Source: an uncultured bacterium (GTDB lineage Bacteria; Zhuqueibacterota; QNDG01; DTFT01). Taken from it: a DNA stretch of 64,000 nt. The notes beneath the pieces were generated by a model, which did not search any database, was not told the origin of the DNA, and saw only the letters and a program-made list of their open reading frames with translations. The translations under genes were made by a program, and so were the position numbers. The stretch covers positions 1 to 64,000 of the forward strand of contig CAVTNR010000014.1 of NCBI GenBank assembly GCA_963736115.1, written 5' to 3'. Below are positions 44,385 to 54,566 of this stretch, in pieces (positions within the stretch are counted from its first letter, which is position 1; every line of letters begins with the position of its first letter).

Positions 44385-45287
44385 ATGTCCTGGTTCAATC
44401 GTCTGATCGTCTGGGTGATGCCCGTTTTCCCCAAATCCTTCATCTGGATATTCGCCAGGCGGTATGTCGCCGGAAAGACTCTGGCGGATGCGGTCCGTCA
44501 GACGCGGAAACTGAACGAAGTCGGATGCACGGCCACCATCGACGTCCTGGGCGAGGACAACCGGACGATGCAGGAGGCGGATACGGCGAAGGCCGACGCG
44601 CTGACCGTGCTGGACGCGATCCGAGCCGAGGGGCTCCGCGCAAACCTCTCCGTCAAGCTCTCCCAGCTCGGGCTGAGGCTCGATCCGGAGTCCTGCCGTC
44701 GAAACGTGGAGGAACTGGTCTCCCACGCGGCTTCGTTCGGCAATTTCGTCCGGATCGACATGGAGGATTCCACGGTCACTGACGCCACGCTGAGCCTGTA
44801 CCGGGCCGTCCGGAAAGAACACGCGAACACGGGGGCCGTCATCCAGGCCTGCCTCAGGCGGAGCGAGGACGACGTCCGGGCCCTCATCGGCCAGGGGTTC
44901 GCGCATCTCCGGCTGTGCAAGGGCATCTACAATGAGGCGCCGGAAATCGCGTACAAGGGCCGCGAGGAGGTCCGCGAGCAGTTCCGGAAGCTCGCCCTCA
45001 TGATGTTCGACGCGGGCGCATTCGTCGGACTCGCGACCCATGACAGGGTTCTCGTCGACTGGGCCGTCCGGACGATCCGCGAGAGGAACATTCCAAACGA
45101 CCGGTTCGAGTTCCAGATGCTATACGGCGTGACTGAAAAAATGCGGGCCCGCTTGGTGTCCCAGGGATTTTCGCTCCGCGTGTACGTCCCCTACGGCGAA
45201 CTTTGGTACGCGTACAGCATGCGGCGCATGAAGGAAAACCCCGCAGTCGCCGGGCACATCGTCAAGAGCCTTTTCATACGGACCTGA
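44385..45287 (+). CDS. Monofunctional proline dehydrogenase
   Basis: DVLGE, SVKLSQLG, RIDMEDS, RLCKGIY, ATHD, EFQMLYG, YVPYG..W..YSMRR..ENP. Confidence 0.92.
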   Translation: MSWFNRLIVWVMPVFPKSFIWIFARRYVAGKTLADAVRQTRKLNEVGCTATIDVLGEDNRTMQEADTAKADALTVLDAIRAEGLRANLSVKLSQLGLRLDPESCRRNVEELVSHAASFGNFVRIDMEDSTVTDATLSLYRAVRKEHANTGAVIQACLRRSEDDVRALIGQGFAHLRLCKGIYNEAPEIAYKGREEVREQFRKLALMMFDAGAFVGLATHDRVLVDWAVRTIRERNIPNDRFEFQMLYGVTEKMRARLVSQGFSLRVYVPYGELWYAYSMRRMKENPAVAGHIVKSLFIRT

Positions 45288-45291
45288 GACC

Positions 45292-45753
45292 ATGACCAAG
45301 GAAGACCGATATGAGGCCGCGCTCCGGGAAATCGACGTCCGCCTGGCGAAAGGCGGCGATCTCGTCGCGGACCTGGGCAACGCGGCCGCGGTGCTGAAAA
45401 AGAGGCTGGACGGCCAGGCGTCGTGGATCGGCTTTTATTTCGTCCGCGGAGACAAACTCGTCCTCGGACCCTTCCAGGGCAGGCCGGCCTGCGTGTTCCT
45501 GCCTTTCGGAAAGGGCGTATGCGGCACCTGCGCCGCGATGCGCGAGACCATCAACGTGCCCGACGTTCACGCCTTCGAGGGCCATATCGCCTGTGATCCG
45601 GATTCCAAGTCGGAGCTCGTCGTCCCCGTGTTCGACGGCAACGGCGCGGTCCGCGCCGTGCTCGACATGGATTCCGACCGGCCGGCCGCTTTCGACGCGG
45701 TCGACATCCGCTTCGCCGAGCGTCTCGCGGCGCGTCTGGCGTGCATTTGGTGA
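45292..45753 (+). CDS. msrC: GAF-domain free methionine-(R)-sulfoxide reductase-like protein
   Basis: WIGFY, LGPFQG..AC, GKGVCG, HIACD..SKSE, VLDMDS. Confidence 0.85.
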   Translation: MTKEDRYEAALREIDVRLAKGGDLVADLGNAAAVLKKRLDGQASWIGFYFVRGDKLVLGPFQGRPACVFLPFGKGVCGTCAAMRETINVPDVHAFEGHIACDPDSKSELVVPVFDGNGAVRAVLDMDSDRPAAFDAVDIRFAERLAARLACIW

Positions 45754-45775
45754 ACCGAATCCGGAGAACCATTCC

Positions 45776-47245
45776 ATGAGCGGAACGAGGGAGACGGGAT
45801 TCCAGAAGCGGCTGGGGCTGTTCGACTGCACGGCCGTGGTGGTCGGATCCATGATCGGGTCCGGCATTTTTATCGTCAGCGCGGACATGGCCCGCAGTCT
45901 CGGATCCCCCGGACTCCTGCTCCTCGCCTGGGCGGTCACGGGCCTGCTCACCGTGACCGCGGCCCTGTGCTACGGCGAGCTGGCCGGCATGATGCCCAAA
46001 ACGGGCGGGCAGTACGTGTACATCAAGGAGGCCTATCACCCGCTGGTGGGGTTCCTGTTCGGATGGGCGTCCTTTCTGATCATCCAATGCGGAACGATCG
46101 CGGCGGTCGGCATGGGCTTCGCCAAGTTCACGGGCGTCCTATTCCCCGGCGTCACCGAATCGGCCGTCTGGGCGCAGTGGAAGTTCCTCAGGGTCACGCC
46201 CGTGCACGCCGTGGCCGTCGCCATGATCCTCCTGCTGACCTGGATCAACACGCGGGGCATTGTCGCGGGCAAACGCGTGCAGAACGCGTTCACTTCGTCC
46301 AAAACCCTGATCATGGCGCTTTTCATTCTCGCCGGTCTTCTGGCGGCGCGGAATCCCGAGGCCATCCGGCTGAACGCGGAGGGGTTCTGGAGCGCCGTCC
46401 GGTTTACGGAGCACGGGCCCGTCGCGCTGTCCGGGCTGGCGCTGGGGGCCGCCTTCTGCACGGCCATGGTCGGGTCCCTGTTCTCGTCCGACGCGTGGAA
46501 CAACATCACCTTCGCGTCGGACGAGGTCGTGCGGCCGTCGCGGAACATCCCCTTGAGCCTGTTTCTGGGGACCCTGACGGTGGCCGTCCTCTACATTCTG
46601 ATGAACGTGGTCTACCTGCAGGCCCTGCCCCTGCGGGGCGACCCCGCGGCCGCGGGCGTTTTCGAGAGGGGCATCCAGTTCGCCGCGGACGAACGGGTCG
46701 CCACCGCGGCCATTGCCGGACTGCTGGGAAACAGCGCGGCCCTGGTCATGGCCGTGTTCATCATCATCTCGACCTTCGGCTGCAACAACGGCATCATCCT
46801 GTCCGGCGCGCGCGTGTATTACGCGATGGCCAGGGACGGCCTCTTCTTCCGGTCGGTCGGCGTCCTGAACGGCCGCGGCGTCCCGGCGCGTGGGCTGGCG
46901 GTTCAGGCCGTCTGGACATCCCTTCTCTGCCTGTCCGGAACGTACGGCAACCTGCTCGACTATGTCGTGTTCACGGTTCTGCTCTTCTACATCCTCACCA
47001 TCGCCGCCATCTTCATACTCCGCCGGAAAATGCCGGACGCGCCGCGTCCCGTGAAGGCGTTCGGGTATCCGGTCGTGCCGGCCCTCTACATGGCCGGCGT
47101 GGCGATCATCATGGCGGCCCTCCTGGTCTACAAGCCGCTATACACCTGGCCCGGCCTCATCCTCGTTCTCCTCGGGATCCCCGTTTATTTCATCTGGAAA
47201 CGGCGCGCCGCCGCGTCCGGCCAGCCGGGACCCGCGCACTCCTGA
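45776..47245 (+). CDS. APC-family amino acid permease
   Basis: GSMIGSGIF, YGELA.MMP..GG.Y.Y, SSDAWNN, RVYYAMARDG. Confidence 0.92.
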   Translation: MSGTRETGFQKRLGLFDCTAVVVGSMIGSGIFIVSADMARSLGSPGLLLLAWAVTGLLTVTAALCYGELAGMMPKTGGQYVYIKEAYHPLVGFLFGWASFLIIQCGTIAAVGMGFAKFTGVLFPGVTESAVWAQWKFLRVTPVHAVAVAMILLLTWINTRGIVAGKRVQNAFTSSKTLIMALFILAGLLAARNPEAIRLNAEGFWSAVRFTEHGPVALSGLALGAAFCTAMVGSLFSSDAWNNITFASDEVVRPSRNIPLSLFLGTLTVAVLYILMNVVYLQALPLRGDPAAAGVFERGIQFAADERVATAAIAGLLGNSAALVMAVFIIISTFGCNNGIILSGARVYYAMARDGLFFRSVGVLNGRGVPARGLAVQAVWTSLLCLSGTYGNLLDYVVFTVLLFYILTIAAIFILRRKMPDAPRPVKAFGYPVVPALYMAGVAIIMAALLVYKPLYTWPGLILVLLGIPVYFIWKRRAAASGQPGPAHS

Positions 47246-47258
47246 ACCGGAGCGGATC

Positions 47259-47633
47259 ATGGAAAAGGACCTTGACGCATTCGCCGGCTACCGTGAACGC
47301 ATGAACACTGAAATCCTGGATTCCGGCAACCTCGACCTCAAACGGTTTTTCGCCCTCGACTCGGCCGTGTACCGCGAAGGAGCGATCCCGCCGAAAACCA
47401 AGGAGCTGCTCGGTCTCGTTGCCTCCCTGGTGCTCCGGTGCGACGACTGCGTGCTGTACCACCTGGTCCGGTGCGGCGAGGAGGGCGTTTCGGACGCGGA
47501 ATTCCAGGAAACGGTTTCCATCGCGCTGGTCGTCGGCGGGTCGATCACCATTCCCCATCTCCGGCGCGCGTTTGAGATGTGGGCAAAAATACAGGACCGG
47601 AAAAAGACGGATGGAGCTCAGGGAAAAACTTGA
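47259..47633 (+). CDS. Carboxymuconolactone decarboxylase/AhpD-like protein
   Basis: KTKELLGLVAS..LRCDDC..YH. Confidence 0.85.
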   Translation: MEKDLDAFAGYRERMNTEILDSGNLDLKRFFALDSAVYREGAIPPKTKELLGLVASLVLRCDDCVLYHLVRCGEEGVSDAEFQETVSIALVVGGSITIPHLRRAFEMWAKIQDRKKTDGAQGKT

Positions 47634-48861
47634 CCGGCTGGGTGTGGCCGGTTCCCGCACGCCGCCGGAAAAAGTACGGCGCGGGCGGGACAATCTGACC
47701 GATCACGTTTCCGGTTCGGAGTGCCGATCCGGTTCCGGACCGTATTTTCTTTCCAGCTCCGTCTTCCCGGAAAACCACGCCCATGGCCGCGAGCCCATCC
47801 GCGGATGGTTCGACATTCCACCCGATCGTCTCTCCTGGATGGGACGTGATCCGGCCCTTTCCGGCGCTGACCTGCGCCGCGCCTTATTCCTCGACACCGA
47901 GACCACCGGACTGGCGGGCGGAACGGGAACGGTCCCGTTTCTCGTGGGCATCGGGGCCTTCGAGGGAACCGGATTTCGGGTGGATCAGTATTTCATGCGG
48001 GACCTCGACGAGGAGAGGGCCGCGCTCGAAGCCGTGGCCGGCCGGCTGGAGGAGGCCGGACTGCTCGTCTCCTACAACGGAAAATGCTTCGACGCCACCC
48101 TGCTGGCCTCGCGGTTCACGCTCAAGCGCATGCGCACGCGCATCCGCGAGATCCCGCACGTGGACCTGCTGTTCACGGCGCGGCGCATCTGGAAGCGGCG
48201 GCTCGTCGACTGCAGTCTGTCGAACGTGGAAAACCGGGTGATCGGATTCCAGCGGCAAGACGACGTTCCCGGTTTCCTGATTCCGGGCCTGTACTTTGAC
48301 TGGCTGAGAACCCGCGACGCGGCGGGCCTGTCGCCGGTGTTCCGGCACAATGTCTGGGACATCCTGGCCCTTGCCGCGCTCGGATCCGCGGCCGGCCGGA
48401 TGTACGACCGCCCTCTCGAATCGATCCGGCATCCGCAGGACGGCATCGGGATCGGCCGGGCATTCGAGTCCCTGGGCCGGTTCGAGACCGCGGCATCCTG
48501 TTATCATCGCGTTCTGGAAGGCGCTTCCGGGAAAGAAGAACGGGAGGAGGCCCTGTTCCGGCTCGGCTTGACGCTGAAACGCTCCGGAGACTGGTCCGCC
48601 ATGGCGGCTGTATGGGAGCGCGCGGCGCGTGAAATCCGAAGTCCGATACGGGCCTGGGAGGAACTGGCCAAATACCACGAACATCGATCCGGCGACCTGG
48701 AAAGGGCGTTGGAAGCGGTGCATGCGGCCCTATCCGCCCTGGACATTCTGGAGGCTGTGCGTCCGGAGGACGGCGTGACGGACACACGAGACCGGCTCAT
48801 CCGGCGTCTGGAACGGGTCCATTCGAAAATGGCCCGAATCAAAAAGACGTTAGAACGTTGA
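47611..48861 (+). CDS. YprB/MrfB-like DEDD exonuclease with TPR-like C-terminus
   Basis: FLDTETTGL, SYNGKCFD, HVDLL, HNVWDI, ELAKYHEH. Confidence 0.82.
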   Translation: MELREKLDRLGVAGSRTPPEKVRRGRDNLTDHVSGSECRSGSGPYFLSSSVFPENHAHGREPIRGWFDIPPDRLSWMGRDPALSGADLRRALFLDTETTGLAGGTGTVPFLVGIGAFEGTGFRVDQYFMRDLDEERAALEAVAGRLEEAGLLVSYNGKCFDATLLASRFTLKRMRTRIREIPHVDLLFTARRIWKRRLVDCSLSNVENRVIGFQRQDDVPGFLIPGLYFDWLRTRDAAGLSPVFRHNVWDILALAALGSAAGRMYDRPLESIRHPQDGIGIGRAFESLGRFETAASCYHRVLEGASGKEEREEALFRLGLTLKRSGDWSAMAAVWERAAREIRSPIRAWEELAKYHEHRSGDLERALEAVHAALSALDILEAVRPEDGVTDTRDRLIRRLERVHSKMARIKKTLER

Positions 48862-48987
48862 CTCGTTTATACATTCGAACGTCCGGCGGTCGCCCTGAGG
48901 TTCACTCTTCTGATTTGCCCCCGAAGGACCTCATGACAGAAACGATTTCGACGTCGGATCACGGCGATCGACTTTACAGGAGACCCC

Positions 48988-49512
48988 ATGATATTCCTTA
49001 AACTGATCTCCAAACTCATCAGCATGCTCCGCTCCGCGGACTCGGCGTCGGGAATTGCCTGGGGATTCAGCCTCGGCGCGGTGCTCGGGCTGACCCCTTT
49101 TCTGGGCTTACACACCGCGGTAGTCATTCTGCTGATCTGTATGCTCCGGGTAAACGTATCGGCCGCCCTGTTTGCCTGGCTTCTGTTCGGCGCAGTCGCG
49201 TGGGTGCTGGATCCGGTTTTTCATACGCTCGGCTTTTACGTGCTCACCGGCATTCCAGCGCTTGAGCCGTTCTGGACGGACCTGTACAACGCGCCCGTCG
49301 CGCCGCTGACCCGCTTCAACAATACGGTCATGATGGGCAGTTGGATCGTGAGCCTGCTTCTCATGATTCCCAATTACATTCTGTTCCGCGCTTTCGTTCT
49401 CCGGTACCGGGAATCGTGGAACGCCAAAATCGCTCAATGGAAATGGGTAAAGGCGGCCGGCGCATCCGGATTTGTCCAAACCCTCTGGAAAATCCGCGGA
49501 TTGGAGGTCTGA
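48988..49512 (+). CDS. TIGR03546-like membrane protein
   Basis: LGLTP, LDPVFH.LG, LYNAP....RFNNTVMMG. Confidence 0.75.
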   Translation: MIFLKLISKLISMLRSADSASGIAWGFSLGAVLGLTPFLGLHTAVVILLICMLRVNVSAALFAWLLFGAVAWVLDPVFHTLGFYVLTGIPALEPFWTDLYNAPVAPLTRFNNTVMMGSWIVSLLLMIPNYILFRAFVLRYRESWNAKIAQWKWVKAAGASGFVQTLWKIRGLEV

Positions 49513-49513
49513 C

Positions 49514-51424
49514 ATGGGAACAAAACAGACACCGCGGCCCAAGGGATGGATACGCTGGAACGGTCTCATCGCAGCTGTCGTGCTTGCGGCGGGCTGGTTG
49601 CTGATCACCACCGTGTTCATGGACCGATGGCTGGAATGGGGCGTCGAGAAGGCGGGGGAGGAAGCCCTCGGGGCGAAAGTCGAAATAGACGGATTCGATT
49701 TGAAGCTTTCAGACCTGTCCGTCCGCTGGACCCGCCTGCAGGCCGCTGATCCCGGCCGGCCCATGCGGAATATCCTCGAAACAGGCCGGAACTCATTCCG
49801 GATGAATCCCACGGCTTTGCTGAGGAAGCGGTTCGTCATCGAGGAGATGATCCTGGAGGACGTTCGCTCCGGAACGGCGCGCCGGACGGACGGATCCCTG
49901 GCCCGGAAGCCGAAGCTGGCCCGAAAAATCCGGTCCGATTTCATCGAAGAAGTCAAGGCCGATATCCGGAAGGACGTGGAAGCCCTGCCGAAAATGAATT
50001 TTGACCCGGCCTTATTCAGGCGCAGGCTGAACGTGGACAGCCTCATCGCCCTGTCCGGCATCCGGAGCGTCCATCGCATTGATTCCGTCCGGAAAGAGGG
50101 AATCGCCGCGGCCGCAGGATGGACGGCCTTTCAGAAAAGCTTCCGACCGGACGAGGAACTGAAGCGCATCCGGGACGATTTTGAAGGTCTCGACCCGCAA
50201 GGAATCAAAACTGTTCAGGAGGGGCTTGCGCTGGTCGACAAAGCGGTAACGGCCCGGAAAAACCTGACCGCGATCGCGGACACGTTCGACGTGCGGCAGA
50301 GGGCGATACGCTCGGACATCCGTAGATTTTCCGCGGTTCCGGATCAGCTGGCCGGCTGGATTCAGGAGGATTACCGGACCGTGGCGGAAAAGGCGAAACT
50401 GCCGGACCTGTCGTTCCGCGCCATCGCCAAGAAACTCATCGGAGGCACTTTGGCATCCGCATCGGATTTTGTTCTCGACGCGTATCAAGGCCTCCTGGAA
50501 CAGCTTCCCCGGAAAGCCAAACCCGAGAAGCGATCCCGCCCCCGTTTCAAGGGCCAGGATATTCATTTCGAGGATCGGCACGAGGCGCCTGCTTTTCTCA
50601 TCCGCAGAATGAGCCTGTCCGGCCGGGTGGAGCCCGGTTCCGCTTACACGGACGTCAGCCTGTCCGGCAAGGCGGAAAACATCACGAACCAGCCCTGGAT
50701 CACCGGAAAGCCCATGACCGTGGACATCACCGCCCGGGCCCCGGACGGCCGCACCGCCGTGCTGAACGGCATCCTGAACCGCGTCTCGGAAGCGGCCAGT
50801 GATGACTTCCGCGTTCGGGTGTCCCATCTCAGTCTGAACAGCGTCAGGATTATGAACTCCGAATACCTGCCCTCGGTCATCCGGAAAGGCCGAATGGATC
50901 TCGACCTGACCCTCCGGTTCCGGGAAAACGACTTTTCCGCGAGGCTCAACGCGGACGCCTCAGGCGTGGTTTTCGACTCTCTGGCCCATGCGTCCAGCGA
51001 CCTGTTCGCGGGTGTCGTGCAGTCCGTTATCGGGAAACTGGACCGCATCACGCTGGACGTGGCCGCGGACCGGAATCCCCGAGGCTTTCGTTTCAGCGTT
51101 GATTCCAATATCGACGAAGTGGCGTTGCGGGAGCTCCGGAGCCTCGGAGCCAAGGCTGTGGCCGACGCCGAGGCCCGGATTCGCTCGAAGCTGGTTGGGA
51201 TACGAGACGAGAAACTCGCGGAGTTCGAGGCTTCCGTCGGCGCAAAATACAAGGGTGTCGGGGAATTTCTGGACGGCTATGAGAAATGGATAGGGGATGA
51301 CCGATCGCTCCTCGACGGCAAAATCGAAGCCCTGAAAAAGGAAATCGACAAGCGCAAAAAGGCTGAGGAGAACAAGCTGAAGGACAGGGCGAAAGAAGCG
51401 CTGGATGGGGTGCTGAACAGATGA
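49514..51424 (+). CDS. TIGR03545-like protein (TM anchor, AsmA-like N-terminus)
   Basis: IRW.GL TM, GAKVEI, DP..PM.N, RFKG.DI.F; paired with the preceding gene. Confidence 0.72.
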   Translation: MGTKQTPRPKGWIRWNGLIAAVVLAAGWLLITTVFMDRWLEWGVEKAGEEALGAKVEIDGFDLKLSDLSVRWTRLQAADPGRPMRNILETGRNSFRMNPTALLRKRFVIEEMILEDVRSGTARRTDGSLARKPKLARKIRSDFIEEVKADIRKDVEALPKMNFDPALFRRRLNVDSLIALSGIRSVHRIDSVRKEGIAAAAGWTAFQKSFRPDEELKRIRDDFEGLDPQGIKTVQEGLALVDKAVTARKNLTAIADTFDVRQRAIRSDIRRFSAVPDQLAGWIQEDYRTVAEKAKLPDLSFRAIAKKLIGGTLASASDFVLDAYQGLLEQLPRKAKPEKRSRPRFKGQDIHFEDRHEAPAFLIRRMSLSGRVEPGSAYTDVSLSGKAENITNQPWITGKPMTVDITARAPDGRTAVLNGILNRVSEAASDDFRVRVSHLSLNSVRIMNSEYLPSVIRKGRMDLDLTLRFRENDFSARLNADASGVVFDSLAHASSDLFAGVVQSVIGKLDRITLDVAADRNPRGFRFSVDSNIDEVALRELRSLGAKAVADAEARIRSKLVGIRDEKLAEFEASVGAKYKGVGEFLDGYEKWIGDDRSLLDGKIEALKKEIDKRKKAEENKLKDRAKEALDGVLNR

Positions 51425-51451
51425 TGGGTGGTCGGCGTCCGTTTCTGCCAG

Positions 51452-51654
51452 AGTTCATAGTTCATGGTTCATAGTTCATTGTTTAAAGAGAATTAAATAA
51501 ACGAATCGAATTTTATCATATCCGGAATTATAAAAATGTCCAAAGGCCTCGTCCGCTTCGCGGCTTCGGCATTTCGGACCTACAGCTAACTTTTTCAACT
51601 CGGAACTCGGAACGTTTTTTTTAACTATGAACCATGAACTATGAACCATGAACT
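51452..51654. repeat. Heptamer element locus 5 (TIGR03545-like / hypF), long spacer with REP cargo
   Basis: AGTTCAT AGTTCAT GGTTCAT AGTTCAT ... ATGAACC ATGAACT ATGAACC ATGAACT. Confidence 0.93.
51535..51584 (-). repeat. GTAG-type REP-like hairpin, copy 2
   Basis: Plus strand AATGTCCAAAGGCCTCG...TCGGCATTTCGGACCTACA; matches 15422-15492. Confidence 0.7.
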
Positions 51655-51660
51655 TTGAAG

Positions 51661-54069
51661 ATGTCTCTCACCCGCACCCGCATTATCGTTACCGGTCTCG
51701 TTCAGGGCGTCGGATTCCGGCCCTTCGTGTACAGGCGGGCCGTGTCCCTCAACCTCAAGGGCTTCGTCCGCAATACGCCCGAAGGCGTCGAGATCGAGGC
51801 GGAAGGCGCTCCGGATTCCGTCCGGACACTGATCGAGTCGCTGAAAGCCGGTCCCCCTCCTCAGGCGGAGGTGCGTTCCGTTGAATTCCGGTCCATGCCC
51901 GCGTCCGGCGGAACGGAATTTGAAATCCGGGAAAGCGCGGGAGAGGCGGCTGGTTCCGCGCTGGTATCCCCGGACATCGCAACCTGCCCGGACTGTCTCG
52001 CTGAACTTTTCAATCCCTCGGACCGGCGTACCCGTTATCCCTTCATCAATTGCACCAATTGCGGCCCGCGTTTCACTATTATCAAGGGCGTTCCGTACGA
52101 CAGACCGGCCACGACCATGGCATCCTTCACCATGTGCCCGGCGTGCCGGGCCGAATATGAGGACCCGGCGGACCGGCGTTTCCACGCACAGCCCAACGCC
52201 TGCCCGGTTTGCGGCCCCAGACTGATGCTTGCGGACACGGACGGGATGGAAATCCTCACGCCGGAAAGGGATGCGATCGCGGAAGCGGCTCGCAGAATCC
52301 GGGACGGACAGATCATCGCAATCAAGGGGCTGGGCGGATTCCATCTGGCCTGCGATGCGGAGAACGATGAAGCGGTTCTCAGACTGAGGGCCAGAAAAGG
52401 CCGGGAAGAAAAACCGCTGGCGGTCATGGCCCGGGATCCCGAAGCCGCATCCCGGTTCGCGGTCTCATCCGAATGTGAAACCGCGGCGATGCTTTCCTGG
52501 CGGCGGCCCATCGTCCTGCTTGGTAAACGGATCCCGTTTCCCCTGGCCGGGTCCGTGGCGCCGGGAAACGCATTCATCGGCGTGATACTGCCCTATACGC
52601 CTGTTCATCATATGCTCATGGCTGAAAGTTTTCGTGCGCTTGTCATGACGAGCGGCAATGTTTCGGAACAGCCCATCGCGTACACGAACGGGGAAGCCCT
52701 GGCCAGCCTCGCGGGTATCGCGGACGGATTCCTCCTCCACGACCGGGACATCCGCGTCCGCAACGACGACTCGGTGGTCCGGTTCAGCCGCGGCGTTCCG
52801 GTGTTCATCCGGCGTTCGCGGGGATGGGCGCCTTCGCCGGTTCACCTCGGCCTGTCCGGTCCGTCCGTGGTCGCGGTCGGGGCGGAGATGAAGAACACGA
52901 TCTGCCTCACGGCCGGGGACAAGGCCTTTATCAGCCCCCATATCGGCGATTTGGAGAACGCGGAAACACTCGAATCCTTCGAGTCCGCGGTCGGGCACCT
53001 GTCCCGGCTGTTCGACGTCCGGCCCGAAATCGCGGTTCATGACTTGCATCCGGATTACCGGTCGACCCAGTGGGCCCTGAACCGGTCGGGGCTGAAGACC
53101 GAGGCTGTTCAGCACCACCATGCCCATATCGCCTCCTGCCTGGCTGAAAACGGGAGAACCGGACCTGTCATCGGATTCGCGCTGGACGGAACCGGATTCG
53201 GTCCGGACGGAACGGTATGGGGCGGGGAAATCCTGGTCGCGGATTGCCTCCGTTTCGAAAGAGCGGGTCATTTTTCGGTCCGTTGCATGCCCGGCGGCGC
53301 GGCCGCGATACACGAACCCTGGCGCATGGCCCTCTCTTTCATGGAAGCCGCGTTCAGGCACGTAATCGATCCAGGAATGACTGAGGACGTCCTTCTGCGG
53401 AAAGCAACCGAAGTGCCGGCTTTCCGGGAAGCCGGCTCCGGGAAGGTCCGATCCGTCATCCGGCTGATCCGTTCCGGGATACACCAGCCTGCCACTTCAA
53501 GCCTGGGGAGGCTGTTCGATGCGGTTTCGGCTCTGGCCGGGGTCCGATCCGTTTCCACTTATGAAGGACAAGCCGCATCCGACCTGGAGGCTGTTCTGTA
53601 TACTTCTGCACACATCGGGAATCAAGGAAATGTTGCTTCAGCGGAAATTCGGAAAAACGGGGGAAATACGGCGGTCGCAGTGGATATCGAACCGTATGTA
53701 TTTGAAATAAAAGAAATTAACGGAATTTTTGAAATCGATCCTGATCCCATTATTTTTGCGGTGCTGAAAGACGCTCAGGCCGGATTTTCAGTATCCGGCA
53801 TCAGCCGGAAATTCCACCTGGCATTGATCCGGGTTTTTGTCCGTATCGCAGAGCGGATACGGGATAAAACCCGCCTGTCCACAGCCGCATTGAGCGGCGG
53901 CTGTTTCCAGAACCTGTTTCTCCTCGACAACCTGTCCGCGGAACTGGGTAGGGCCGGTTTCGAAGTGCTGTCCCATTCACTCGTGCCCGCCAATGACGGG
54001 GGGCTGTGCCTGGGCCAGGCGGCCGTGGCCCATGCCCGAATGCGGGCGTCAAGCAGGGTCCGGGCCTGA
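51661..54069 (+). CDS. hypF: [NiFe]-hydrogenase maturation carbamoyltransferase
   Basis: GLVQGVGFRP, zinc fingers CPDC/CTNC and CPAC/CPVC, KGLGGFHL, QHHHAH, DGTGFG, PANDGG. Confidence 0.96.
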   Translation: MSLTRTRIIVTGLVQGVGFRPFVYRRAVSLNLKGFVRNTPEGVEIEAEGAPDSVRTLIESLKAGPPPQAEVRSVEFRSMPASGGTEFEIRESAGEAAGSALVSPDIATCPDCLAELFNPSDRRTRYPFINCTNCGPRFTIIKGVPYDRPATTMASFTMCPACRAEYEDPADRRFHAQPNACPVCGPRLMLADTDGMEILTPERDAIAEAARRIRDGQIIAIKGLGGFHLACDAENDEAVLRLRARKGREEKPLAVMARDPEAASRFAVSSECETAAMLSWRRPIVLLGKRIPFPLAGSVAPGNAFIGVILPYTPVHHMLMAESFRALVMTSGNVSEQPIAYTNGEALASLAGIADGFLLHDRDIRVRNDDSVVRFSRGVPVFIRRSRGWAPSPVHLGLSGPSVVAVGAEMKNTICLTAGDKAFISPHIGDLENAETLESFESAVGHLSRLFDVRPEIAVHDLHPDYRSTQWALNRSGLKTEAVQHHHAHIASCLAENGRTGPVIGFALDGTGFGPDGTVWGGEILVADCLRFERAGHFSVRCMPGGAAAIHEPWRMALSFMEAAFRHVIDPGMTEDVLLRKATEVPAFREAGSGKVRSVIRLIRSGIHQPATSSLGRLFDAVSALAGVRSVSTYEGQAASDLEAVLYTSAHIGNQGNVASAEIRKNGGNTAVAVDIEPYVFEIKEINGIFEIDPDPIIFAVLKDAQAGFSVSGISRKFHLALIRVFVRIAERIRDKTRLSTAALSGGCFQNLFLLDNLSAELGRAGFEVLSHSLVPANDGGLCLGQAAVAHARMRASSRVRA

Positions 54070-54188
54070 GCCGCTTTTTTCGGTGTTGTTTTATTTGGAT
54101 GTTTTTATTATCTTGAAAAAAGGACTTGTTCGCTTACCGGTTTCTCTTACCTGCGACTTTATGCATCCTAGCGTTTCTCGGATCGGGA

Positions 54189-54557
54189 ATGCGGAAAAAT
54201 CCGTTTCGGCCGGAGTCTGCGACTTACGGAAAGTCATTTTTTCCGTATCAGTATGCGGTCACGCTCTTCATCATCCTGATTCTTTGCCTGGTCGACGGCG
54301 GACTGACGATTTTTCTCGTCAAGAGAGGGGCCTGGGAAGCCAACCCGCTGATGCGGCATGCCCTTTCAATCAGTCACGAATACTTCATCATTCTGAAGTA
54401 CTTTCTGACGGCCGGAGGATTTCTCTTTCTGATGCATCACGGCCGTAGGCGGATTTTCCGGGGCATCATGACTCTTGAGGAACTGACAGGGGGCATTCTC
54501 CTGTTCTATTCCGGTCTGGTCATTTACGAGATCACCATCTACCATATCGTCAAATAG
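54189..54557 (+). CDS. Small membrane protein, DUF5658-like
   Basis: Three to four hydrophobic helices, D..LT......G..EANPLM motif; start uncertain (54126 possible). Confidence 0.65.
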   Translation: MRKNPFRPESATYGKSFFPYQYAVTLFIILILCLVDGGLTIFLVKRGAWEANPLMRHALSISHEYFIILKYFLTAGGFLFLMHHGRRRIFRGIMTLEELTGGILLFYSGLVIYEITIYHIVK

Positions 54558-54566
54558 CAGCCCTTT

